From assembly GCA_963816185.1 (NCBI GenBank), contig CAWFJJ010000028.1, positions 579,791-643,790 on the forward strand: DNA of 64,000 nucleotides, written 5' to 3'. Made by a program: the position numbers and the translations under genes. The notes under the pieces were generated by a model, which was given only the letters and a program-made list of their open reading frames with translations, was not told the DNA's origin and ran no database searches. Source of the stretch: Thermoanaerobaculia bacterium. Lineage in GTDB: Bacteria > Acidobacteriota > Thermoanaerobaculia > UBA5066. How positions within the stretch are numbered: position 1 is the first letter of the stretch; every line of letters starts with the position of its first letter. Positions 29,414 to 38,093 of the stretch are shown piece by piece.

Positions 29414-31306
29414 TCAGCCCAGAAGCAGCGTCACGACCCGGTTCGCGACGTACGCGCCGGAGTAGGCGAGAAGGCCCATGTACGCGAACTGGATCGCAGG
29501 CCACCTCCACCCACCCGTCTCGCGCCGCACGACGGCGACCGTCGAGAGACACTGCATCGCGAACGCGAAGAAGACGAGAAGCGCGACCGCGCCGCCGGCC
29601 GTGAGGTCGTGCCGGAGCGCGGCCTGCAGGCCTTCGCTTCCCGCCTTCGGGTCCATGCCGTAGAGCGTGCCGAGCGTTCCGACGATGACCTCGCGCGCCG
29701 CGAGCGACATCACGATGCCGATGCCGATGCGCCAGTCGAAGCCGAGCGGCCTCACGAACGGCTCGATCGCTCTGCCGATCGTGCCCGCGATGCTGCTCCC
29801 GATCTCGGGGATCTTTCCGCCCGAGAGCGGCAGGTGCGCGAGGATCCAGAGGACGACCGCGACGCCCAGGATCACCGTGCCGGCGCGATGGAGGAAGATC
29901 TTCGCCCGGTCGTACATCCTCAGGCCGATCTGGCGGAGCGTGGGGCGCCGGTAAGGCGGCATCTCGAGAAGGAACGGCGCCCCGTCGCTCTTCAGGACCG
30001 ACGACTTCAGGAGCCGCGCGGTCCCGAAGGCCGCGAGGAAGCCCAGGAGATAGAGCCCGAGCATCGCGGCCGCGCGCGTGCCGAGGAACGGACCGAGCAG
30101 CGGACGCTCGGGCAGGAAGGCCGCGATGATGAGCGTGTAGACGGGCAGCCGCGCCGAGCACGTCATGAACGGCGCGATGAGGATCGTCGCGATGCGGTCG
30201 CGCTTGTTCTCGATCGTCCGCGACGCCAGGACGGCCGGCACGGCGCACGCATACGCCGAGAGGAGCGGCAGGAACGACTTTCCTTGAAGGCCCGCCTTCC
30301 GCATCGTGCGGTCCGCGATGAGTGCGGCGCGCGCCAGGTAGCCGGAGTCCTCGAGGAGGCCGATGAAGAGGAAGAGGAGCAGGATCTGCGGCAGGAAGAT
30401 CACGACCGAGCCGACGCCGCCCCAAACGCCCTCGAGGAGGAGCGACTTGAGGAGGGACGGCGCGAGGAGCCCCGACAGCCAGGCGCCCGACGCCTGCACG
30501 GCGTGGTCGACGGCATCCATGAGCGGGCGCGCCGCCGAGAAGATCGTCTGGAACACCGTGACGACGACCGCGAGGAACACGAGCGGCCCCGCGACGGGAT
30601 GCAGGAACACGGCATCGAGGCGGCGCGTCCAGACCGGCGGTGCGGGCGCGGCGTAGCGCGCCTTGTCCCCGATCGCGACAGCCCACTGCCGGCACTTCGG
30701 AATGTCGGCAAGGACCGGCAGGTCGCGGGCCGCGGGGACGCCCACGGCCCCGCTCAGGAATTCGCGCACCATCTCGATGCCCTCGCCTTTGGACGCGCTC
30801 ACGAGCGCGACCGGTACTCCGAGGCGTGTCGCGAGCGCCTCCGCGTCCACGGCGCCTCCGCGGCTCGATAGCTCGTCGGCCATGTTCAGGACGACGAGGG
30901 TCGGAAGCCCGAGAGCAAGAATGGGCGCGGCGAGAACGAGATGGCGGTTCAGGTTCGTCGAGTCGAGGATGAGGAGCACGGCGTCGGGCCTGGCCATTCC
31001 CTCCATCTCACCGACGAGAACGTCACGCGTGACCCGCTCGTCCTCCGAGTGCGGCACGAGGCTGTAGACCCCCGGCAGGTCCACGAGCACGACTTCGCGG
31101 TCGCCCTCGAGCCGGGCCCGGCCGCGGCGCTCCTCCACGGTGACGCCGGGAAAGTTCGCGACCCGCTGCCGGAGGCCGGTGAGACGATTGAACAACGTCG
31201 ACTTTCCGGAGTTCGGCGGCCCGACGAGCGCGACGAGACGGGGAGGGACGCCATGGATCGGAAGCGCCGCCGCCGGGCATCCCTCGCAGCTGTGGAGCAT
31301 GCTCAC
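29414..31306 (-). CDS. feoB: Ferrous iron transporter FeoB
   Basis: GPPNSGKST, VANFPGVTVE, DLPGVYSL, NMAD, LEDSGYLAR, CSARLP. Confidence 0.95.
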   Translation of the reverse strand: MSMLHSCEGCPAAALPIHGVPPRLVALVGPPNSGKSTLFNRLTGLRQRVANFPGVTVEERRGRARLEGDREVVLVDLPGVYSLVPHSEDERVTRDVLVGEMEGMARPDAVLLILDSTNLNRHLVLAAPILALGLPTLVVLNMADELSSRGGAVDAEALATRLGVPVALVSASKGEGIEMVREFLSGAVGVPAARDLPVLADIPKCRQWAVAIGDKARYAAPAPPVWTRRLDAVFLHPVAGPLVFLAVVVTVFQTIFSAARPLMDAVDHAVQASGAWLSGLLAPSLLKSLLLEGVWGGVGSVVIFLPQILLLFLFIGLLEDSGYLARAALIADRTMRKAGLQGKSFLPLLSAYACAVPAVLASRTIENKRDRIATILIAPFMTCSARLPVYTLIIAAFLPERPLLGPFLGTRAAAMLGLYLLGFLAAFGTARLLKSSVLKSDGAPFLLEMPPYRRPTLRQIGLRMYDRAKIFLHRAGTVILGVAVVLWILAHLPLSGGKIPEIGSSIAGTIGRAIEPFVRPLGFDWRIGIGIVMSLAAREVIVGTLGTLYGMDPKAGSEGLQAALRHDLTAGGAVALLVFFAFAMQCLSTVAVVRRETGGWRWPAIQFAYMGLLAYSGAYVANRVVTLLLG

Positions 31307-31542
31307 GCAGGCCCCTCTTTCGCGGCCTCGACGAGGAGGTGCCGCGCCGTGTCGCGCCGCAGGGCGAACTCGGTACCGTCCACGCGGAAGACGCGCGGGT
31401 CGCCCCCCGGTGCGCTTCGGGCCGCCACGATGCGCGCTCCCGGCAGAAAACCGATCTCCATGAGGCGCGTGGCGTCGGCCTCCGGCAGATCGATTCGCGC
31501 GAGGACGCCCGATGCGCCGGGGATAAGGTCGTCGAGGCTCAC
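31303..31542 (-). CDS. feoA: FeoA
   Basis: RLMEIGFLPG...P.GDP..F.VDG..FALR; GTGA overlap with feoB; GTG start at 31542 gives a typical 79-aa protein. Confidence 0.88.
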   Translation of the reverse strand: MSLDDLIPGASGVLARIDLPEADATRLMEIGFLPGARIVAARSAPGGDPRVFRVDGTEFALRRDTARHLLVEAAKEGPA

Positions 31543-31571
31543 GGGCTTCCGGCGCCTGGCCCTGCCTTTCT

Positions 31572-31600
31572 TGAGACTGAGTCGCATCTTCGACATTATG
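31572..31600 (-). promoter_or_regulatory. feoAB -10 element with 7-1-7 inverted repeat (Fur-type operator candidate)
   Basis: CATAAT at 31600-31595 on the minus strand; TGAGACT-G-AGTCGCA at 31572-31586. Confidence 0.55.
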
Positions 31601-34178
31601 CCCCAACCCGCCCCGGTCCTGTCGATGATGCGGATGCGTCAGACCTTCGGCCGGCAAGCTTCAACAGCTCGAAACCGGCGAAACCGCCGAGAGCCGCCCC
31701 GGCGGCCAGAGCGACGTCCGCGGCCGAGAGCGGCCCGAACCTCAGAAGCTCACGCATCGGCGCGAGGCAGAGGCAGAGGCCAAGAACGGAGATCGCGCCG
31801 CCGAAGACCCACCAGACAGCCGGATTCGGCGTCCTGAGCGATGCGGCCAGGGTCGGGCGGGTCGAGCGGTGCGTGAGGATGAGCGCCAGGTTCAGGAGAA
31901 GGAGCGTCGAGAAGGCGATCGCGCGCGTCCTTTCCTCGACGTCGCCTCGCGCCACCGAGAACGCGGCGGCCGAGAGCACGAGGATCAGCGCGAGGACGCC
32001 GTCGAGCAGCGCGCGGACCACGATCCGCGCCGGAAGAAGCGGCTCCCGCGGGTCCCGCGGCGGTCGGCACATGAGGTCGGGGTCTTCCGGCTCGGCCTCG
32101 AACGCGATCGAGCACGCCGGATCGATGACGAGCTCGAGGAGGACGATGTGCACCGGCAGGAGGACCAGCGGCCATCCCACGAGCGCCGGCACGAGAGCGG
32201 CACCCGCGATCGGGACGTGAACCGAGAGGACGTAGGCCATCGCCTTGCGGATGTTCTCGAAGATGCGCCGCCCCAGCCGGATCGCCGCGACGATCGACGA
32301 GTAGTCGTCGTCGAGAAGGACGAGAGACGACGCCTCCCGGGCGACGTCCGTTCCCCGTCCGCCCATCGCGATCCCGATGTGCGCGGCCTTGAGGGCCGGC
32401 GCGTCGTTCACGCCGTCCCCTGTCATCGCGACGACTTCGCCGTTCGCCTTGAACGCCTGGACGAGTCGGAGCTTTTGCTCGGGCACGACCCGAGCGAAGA
32501 CCCGCGTGCCCTTCACGCGCGACGAGAGAGCTGCATCGTCGAAAGCATCCAGCTCGGTCCCCGTCAGAACGTCCCCGGACGGCAATCCGGCCCCCGCCGC
32601 GATCGCCCGGGCCGTCCCCGGGTAATCCCCGGTGATCATCACCGTCCGCACGCCGGCTCTCTCGCACTCGGCAACGGCGTCCGCGACGCCCGGGCGCAGC
32701 GGGTCCGCCAGGCAGACGAGGCCGAGACACTCGTACGTGAGATCGTGTGCGGAAGGCGGCAGGTCGCCGGGCGGCGCCGTTGCTCGGGCGACGGCGAGTA
32801 CGCGCAGACCGCGCTCGGCGAACTGCGCCACGGTATTGAGAAGCGCCTTTGCCGGAGCCGCGGGGAGATGACAGAGGTCGGCGACGGCTTCGGGAGCGCC
32901 TTTGGCCGCCACCACCCGCGGTCCTCCCATTTTCGGCTCCCAGACGTGGGTGACGGCGAGAAGCTCCTGGCCGAGCGGGTACTCGTGAACGAGCGCCCAG
33001 CCGCCGTGTAGATGCTCTGTGCCTGCCAGAGCGTCCTTCGCGAGCGCTTCCACGGCCCGCTCCATCGGATCGAAGGGCTTCTGGCGGCTCGCGAGGAGCG
33101 CGAACTCGACGAGCGAGTGAAACGTCTCGGGTAGCGGCTCGCCCCGGCGGCTCGCAACATCCCAGGTCCGCCCGCCGGCCTCGAGCGCGGCCACGGCCAT
33201 CCGGTTCTCCGTGAGCGTTCCCGTCTTGTCGACGCAGAGAACCGTCGCCGAGCCGAGCGCCTCGATCGCTGCCGCGCGCCGCGTGAGGACGTGCCGCCGG
33301 GAGATGCGCCATGCGCCCAGGGCGAGGAAGACCGTGAGGATCACCGGAAACTCCTCGGGCACGAGCGCCATCGCAAGGGCGAGCCCGGCAAGGAGGCCTT
33401 CGAGCCACCCGCCCCGTAAGAACCCGAAGGAGAGCGCGAGGAGGGCGCACAGAGCGAGCCCCGCGGCGGCGAGGGCCCGCACCCACCGTGCCGTCTGCGC
33501 CTGAAGCGGCGTTGAGTCCGTGTCGAGCGTCTGCAGCGCCTTGCCGATTTTTCCCAGCTCGGTCTTGGGGCCCGTGGCGCTCACGCGGGCGACGCCCTGC
33601 CCTCGCACGATGAGAGTACCGGACCAGACGTGCGGCAGCCCGTCGCCTCCCGGCCGCCCGGCCTCCGCCGCGCTCTCGTCCGCAAGCTTCGTCACCGGGA
33701 CCGATTCTCCGGTCAGCAGGGACTCGTCGGCCGAGAGGCTCATCGCCTGGAGGAGGAGGCCGTCAGCCGGCACGCGGTCGCCCTCCGAGAGGATGACGAG
33801 GTCGCCCGCCACCACCTCGCGGCCGGAGATCCGGCGCTCCTGCCCGTCGCGCACGACGAGCGCCCGCGGGCTCGAAAGATCGCGCAGAGCGTCCAGAGCG
33901 CGCTCCGTCTTGCGCGTCTGGTACAGGGACAGCCCCACGACCCCGAAGACGGATGCGAGGAGGACGAACGCTTCCTCGCGATCGCCCAGAAGCACATAGA
34001 CCCCGCCGCACGCGACGAGGAGCAGGATCATCGGCTCTTTCAGGATCTCGGCGGCGAGAGCCGCGAGACTGCGACGCCGCGTGGACGGCAGCTCGTTGGG
34101 ACCTTCGGAGGCGAGACGCGCCACCGCCTCGGCCTCGGAGAGCCCCCCGAAGTGCCGCGGATCGGAATCGGCGGCCAT
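31596..34178 (-). CDS. Cation-transporting P-type ATPase (type II-like)
   Basis: LTGES, VPEEFP, DKTGT, KGAPE, MTGDGVNDAPALK. Confidence 0.93.
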   Translation of the reverse strand: MAADSDPRHFGGLSEAEAVARLASEGPNELPSTRRRSLAALAAEILKEPMILLLVACGGVYVLLGDREEAFVLLASVFGVVGLSLYQTRKTERALDALRDLSSPRALVVRDGQERRISGREVVAGDLVILSEGDRVPADGLLLQAMSLSADESLLTGESVPVTKLADESAAEAGRPGGDGLPHVWSGTLIVRGQGVARVSATGPKTELGKIGKALQTLDTDSTPLQAQTARWVRALAAAGLALCALLALSFGFLRGGWLEGLLAGLALAMALVPEEFPVILTVFLALGAWRISRRHVLTRRAAAIEALGSATVLCVDKTGTLTENRMAVAALEAGGRTWDVASRRGEPLPETFHSLVEFALLASRQKPFDPMERAVEALAKDALAGTEHLHGGWALVHEYPLGQELLAVTHVWEPKMGGPRVVAAKGAPEAVADLCHLPAAPAKALLNTVAQFAERGLRVLAVARATAPPGDLPPSAHDLTYECLGLVCLADPLRPGVADAVAECERAGVRTVMITGDYPGTARAIAAGAGLPSGDVLTGTELDAFDDAALSSRVKGTRVFARVVPEQKLRLVQAFKANGEVVAMTGDGVNDAPALKAAHIGIAMGGRGTDVAREASSLVLLDDDYSSIVAAIRLGRRIFENIRKAMAYVLSVHVPIAGAALVPALVGWPLVLLPVHIVLLELVIDPACSIAFEAEPEDPDLMCRPPRDPREPLLPARIVVRALLDGVLALILVLSAAAFSVARGDVEERTRAIAFSTLLLLNLALILTHRSTRPTLAASLRTPNPAVWWVFGGAISVLGLCLCLAPMRELLRFGPLSAADVALAAGAALGGFAGFELLKLAGRRSDASASSTGPGRVGA

Positions 34179-34243
34179 CAGGCGATTCTCGCCGCGAGTC
34201 GAGCCGGGACCGATGATGCATCGGCTCCGGGGATTAGGATTCA

Positions 34244-36910
34244 TTGATGGCCCGAGACACCGTGGTCCCCGCATGGCACGCGCGGGGCATCGAGGACGTC
34301 GCCCGGGAGCTTCGGACGAATCTCGAGACAGGCCTGTGTCCGGACGCTCTGCCCAAAACGCCGTCCGACGACTCTCTCGACACCGACTCGCGCGGCCCCT
34401 GGCGAATCATCTGGAACCAGCTCAAGGGCGGAGTGATCCTCGTCCTGATTGCCGCCGCCGCCGTCATGCTGGCGCTCGGCCACATCGGAGACTCGCTGGC
34501 GATCGCGGCATCCGTGGTCTTCTCGGTCGTCTTCGGGTTCATCACCGATTTCCGCGCCGAGCGAGCCCTCGATGCGCTCCGGACTCTTTCTGCCCCGACG
34601 GCGCGCGTCGTGCGCGGAGGCCTCGAACGGGAGGTCCCCGCGGACGACCTCCGGCCCGGGGATCTCCTCGTCCTGACGGGCGGCCAGATCGTTGCCGCGG
34701 ACGGAAGGATCGCCGCCGTGCACGATTTGCAGGCCGACGAGTCCGCGCTCACCGGCGAGAGCGTCCCCGTCACGAAATCGCCGGACCCCGTCAATGCGGC
34801 CGCGCCCCTGCCCGACCGGATCTCGATGGGCTACGCCGGCACGACCATCGTGAGCGGATGGGGGCGTATGGTCGTGACCGGCATCCGGGGAGGCACGGAG
34901 CTCGGCCGCATCGGAAAGCTCGTTGCCGGCCAGGACCGCGAGGAGACGCCTCTCGAGAAGCAGGCTGAGCAACTCGGCCGCCGGCTCGCGCTCCTGGCCA
35001 TCGGCCTCTCGGCCCTCGTGACGATTCTCGGCCTCCTGCGCGACCGCCCCTTCTGGCTCATGCTCGAAACGGGCGTCATCCTCGCGATCGCGGCGATCCC
35101 CGAAGGCCTTCCGGCCGTCACAACGATCGCGCTCGCGGCCGGCGTCAGGCGGATGGCGAAGGCCGACAGCCTCGTGCGCCGGCTCTCGTCGGTCGAGACG
35201 CTCGGCTGCACCTCGGTCATCTGCACCGACAAGACGGGCACGCTTACGGAGAACGTCATGCGCGTGACGCGAGTCGTCCTCCCCGGCCGCGAGCTCGAGG
35301 TCACGGGCGCGCGCTACGAGCCGATCGGGGAGTTTCTCGAGGGCGCCCGACCGGTGGCGCCGGGGGATGACCCGCCTCTTGGACGGCTGCTCGAGATCGC
35401 CGCCGTCTGCAACGACGCGCGGCTCGAATCCCACGACGAAGGCTGGCACGTTCACGGCTCGTCCACCGAGGGCGCTCTCCTCGCGCTCGCGGGGAAGGGA
35501 AAGGTCGACGGCAGAGGCTTCCATCGCGTGAGCGCCCTCGGGTTCTCGTCCGCCCGCAAGCGCATGGCGGTCGTCGCGCGTGACGCCGAAGGCCGCCTGT
35601 GGTCCTTCGTGAAAGGCTCTCCCGAGGTCGTGGCGGCCCGCGCTACCAGTGCGCTCGTGCGTGGGGCCGAAGAGCCGCTCGACGCCGAGGGCCGCGAGCG
35701 TCTCCTCGCGAGCGCGCACGCGCTCGGGGAATCGGGATACCGTGTTCTCGCGCTCGCGTACCGGCGGCTCGACCCGAAAGGCGCGCCCGAAGCGGCCGAG
35801 GAAGCCCTCACGTGGTCAGGCCTCGTCGGCCTCATCGACCCGCCGCGTGCGAACGTCCGTGGCGCCATCGAAGCGCTGCGTGACGCCGGAATCCGCACCG
35901 TCATGGTCACCGGGGATCAGAAAGGCACCGCGATGGCCGTGGCGAACACGCTCGCGATCGCCGGCCCGGGGGACCTCTGTCTCGACTCGGCGGAGCTCGC
36001 GCGGTACGTCGAGGAGCACCGGTGGGAGGACCTGAGGAACACGGCCGTCTTCGCGCGCGTCACGCCTGAGGACAAGCTCTCGATCGTTCACGCGCTCCGC
36101 GAGGCCGGCCGCATCGTCGCGATGACCGGAGACGGCATCAACGACGCGCCCGCGCTGAAAGCAGCGAATATCGGAATCGCGATCGGGCTCGGGTCGGCGG
36201 ACGTCGCGCGCGCGGCCTCCGACCTCGTCGTGACGAGCGGCGACTACGCGACACTTCCAGAGGCGGTCGCGGAGGGACGGCAGATCTACGCGAACATCCG
36301 TCGCGCCGTGCACTTCCTGCTTCTTTGCAGCCTCGCGACGATCGTCGTCATGCTGGTTTCCGTGGTCACGAACCTTCCGCTGCCCATGAGTCCCCTTCAG
36401 CTCCTATGGCTGAACCTCGTCGTCCACATCTTCCCTGCGGTCGCGCTCGTCCTCGTTCCCGGCGAGCAGGACGTGATGAAGCGCCCCCCGCGCGACCCGA
36501 AAGAGCCCCTCTTGACCTGGAGTGCGGCCGGCCGCACCGCCTTGAAGAGCGCCGTCGTGGCCGCTGTCGTCCTGTGGAGCTACACCGCCGGCGGCGGACG
36601 CCACGACGGGGCGCGCGGCCAGACGCTCGTGATGGCGACGCTCGCACTCACTCTCCTCGCCCAGTCGTTCGCGACGCTCTCGGACACGCAGCCGTTCTGG
36701 CGGATGCGATCGAGCCTCGCGCTCCCGTTCTGGCTCGCGCTCGCGGGCGGGCTTCTTCTGCAGGCCATCGCGGTCGCGTGGCCGCCTCTCTCGGCCGTCC
36801 TCGAGACTGTGCCCCTCGCCGCAGCGGACTGGCTGCGCGCGGCAGGGATGGCGGCCGTGGCGCTCCTCGCCACCGAGGCCCTCAAGCGGCTGGAGGCGTC
36901 GCCGGCCTGA
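34244..36910 (+). CDS. Cation-transporting P-type ATPase (Ca2+-type IIA-like)
   Basis: LTGES, AIPEGLP, DKTGT, MTGDGINDAPALK, QLLWLNL. Confidence 0.93.
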   Translation: MMARDTVVPAWHARGIEDVARELRTNLETGLCPDALPKTPSDDSLDTDSRGPWRIIWNQLKGGVILVLIAAAAVMLALGHIGDSLAIAASVVFSVVFGFITDFRAERALDALRTLSAPTARVVRGGLEREVPADDLRPGDLLVLTGGQIVAADGRIAAVHDLQADESALTGESVPVTKSPDPVNAAAPLPDRISMGYAGTTIVSGWGRMVVTGIRGGTELGRIGKLVAGQDREETPLEKQAEQLGRRLALLAIGLSALVTILGLLRDRPFWLMLETGVILAIAAIPEGLPAVTTIALAAGVRRMAKADSLVRRLSSVETLGCTSVICTDKTGTLTENVMRVTRVVLPGRELEVTGARYEPIGEFLEGARPVAPGDDPPLGRLLEIAAVCNDARLESHDEGWHVHGSSTEGALLALAGKGKVDGRGFHRVSALGFSSARKRMAVVARDAEGRLWSFVKGSPEVVAARATSALVRGAEEPLDAEGRERLLASAHALGESGYRVLALAYRRLDPKGAPEAAEEALTWSGLVGLIDPPRANVRGAIEALRDAGIRTVMVTGDQKGTAMAVANTLAIAGPGDLCLDSAELARYVEEHRWEDLRNTAVFARVTPEDKLSIVHALREAGRIVAMTGDGINDAPALKAANIGIAIGLGSADVARAASDLVVTSGDYATLPEAVAEGRQIYANIRRAVHFLLLCSLATIVVMLVSVVTNLPLPMSPLQLLWLNLVVHIFPAVALVLVPGEQDVMKRPPRDPKEPLLTWSAAGRTALKSAVVAAVVLWSYTAGGGRHDGARGQTLVMATLALTLLAQSFATLSDTQPFWRMRSSLALPFWLALAGGLLLQAIAVAWPPLSAVLETVPLAAADWLRAAGMAAVALLATEALKRLEASPA

Positions 36911-36914
36911 CCGG

Positions 36915-38087
36915 TCAATTCCGCGCCCGCACGCGGCCACCGTCCGCGACGCGGTCGCTCGGAAGGAGGACGACGGAGTCGCCGTCGGCGAGACCGCTGC
37001 GGATCTCGGCGTGCGTCCGGTTCACGAGTCCCGTCTCGACGGGTTTCAGTCGCGCGCGTCCCTCGACGACCATGAACACGGCCCACGCATCGCCCTTGCG
37101 GAACAGGGCGCTCGCCGGCGCGCGCACGACGTCCTTCGCCTCTGCGACGACGATGCGCGCCTCCACGCGAAAACCGTCCCCGACCGAGGGCGGCGCCTCG
37201 GCCAGGTCTCCGACGACGTGCACGCGCTGTTCCTCGACGCCGAGCGCCGAGAGCTTCGTGAACGCCGACGGCTCGACGAGGCGCACCGTTCCGGGAAGCG
37301 GCCGCGGCCCGCCCCACTCCTCGATCCACATCCGCGCGCCGGGCCGGACGCGGACCGCCTCGCGCGAGAGGACGTCGAGCACGACCTCCAGGCCCGACGG
37401 CTCCCCGACCTCGAGAAGCGGCGCGCCCGCGGGGACGGCCCGCTCGCTCTCCTCGACGATCCGGAGCACGCGCCCTGCCACGGGACAGCGCACGAGCGTG
37501 AGGGCCTCCCCGTGTCCCGACTCGGCCGCGAGGAGCGCGGCTCTCACGGCCGCCGCCTCGAACGATGCGGCCCGGGCCGCGAGCCGCGCGGCCTCGTGCT
37601 CCCGGACCCGAACGGTCTCGGCGAGCTCGGCCTGCTCTCGCTCTTCCGGCGCCATCACGCCTTTCCGGGCGAGCTGGTCGATCCGCGCCCGGTTCCGCTT
37701 GGCCTGCTCCGCGGCGGCCGCCGCCTGCTGCTCCTTCGCCCCGGCCGCCCGCTCGGCGGCACGCGCCGAGGACAGGCGTGCGGACAGCTCCGCCTGCGTG
37801 CGCGCGTCGAGCGGGAGAGGATCGAGACGCGCGACGACCGCGCCGCGGGCGACGGCGTCTCCTTCGTGGACCTCGAGCCGAAGGAGTCGACCCGCCACGG
37901 GAGCGCTCACTACGAAGCGGTCTTTCACGCGCGTCTTCCCTTCCTCGTCGACCGTCACGACGACGGGCCCGCGCTCGGCCCGCCCCAGTTCGACCGGCAC
38001 GGGCTCGGGCCGCAGGCGAAGCGCCACGGCCACGGCCGCGAGGAGGACCACGGCGGCGGCGATCACGGCGGTGCGCTTCTTCTTCAT
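36915..38087 (-). CDS. HlyD-family periplasmic adaptor of ABC exporter
   Basis: VDEEGKTR, SAPVAG, AFTK.SALGVEEQRV. Confidence 0.88.
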   Translation of the reverse strand: MKKKRTAVIAAAVVLLAAVAVALRLRPEPVPVELGRAERGPVVVTVDEEGKTRVKDRFVVSAPVAGRLLRLEVHEGDAVARGAVVARLDPLPLDARTQAELSARLSSARAAERAAGAKEQQAAAAAEQAKRNRARIDQLARKGVMAPEEREQAELAETVRVREHEAARLAARAASFEAAAVRAALLAAESGHGEALTLVRCPVAGRVLRIVEESERAVPAGAPLLEVGEPSGLEVVLDVLSREAVRVRPGARMWIEEWGGPRPLPGTVRLVEPSAFTKLSALGVEEQRVHVVGDLAEAPPSVGDGFRVEARIVVAEAKDVVRAPASALFRKGDAWAVFMVVEGRARLKPVETGLVNRTHAEIRSGLADGDSVVLLPSDRVADGGRVRARN

Positions 38088-38093
38088 GGGTGT

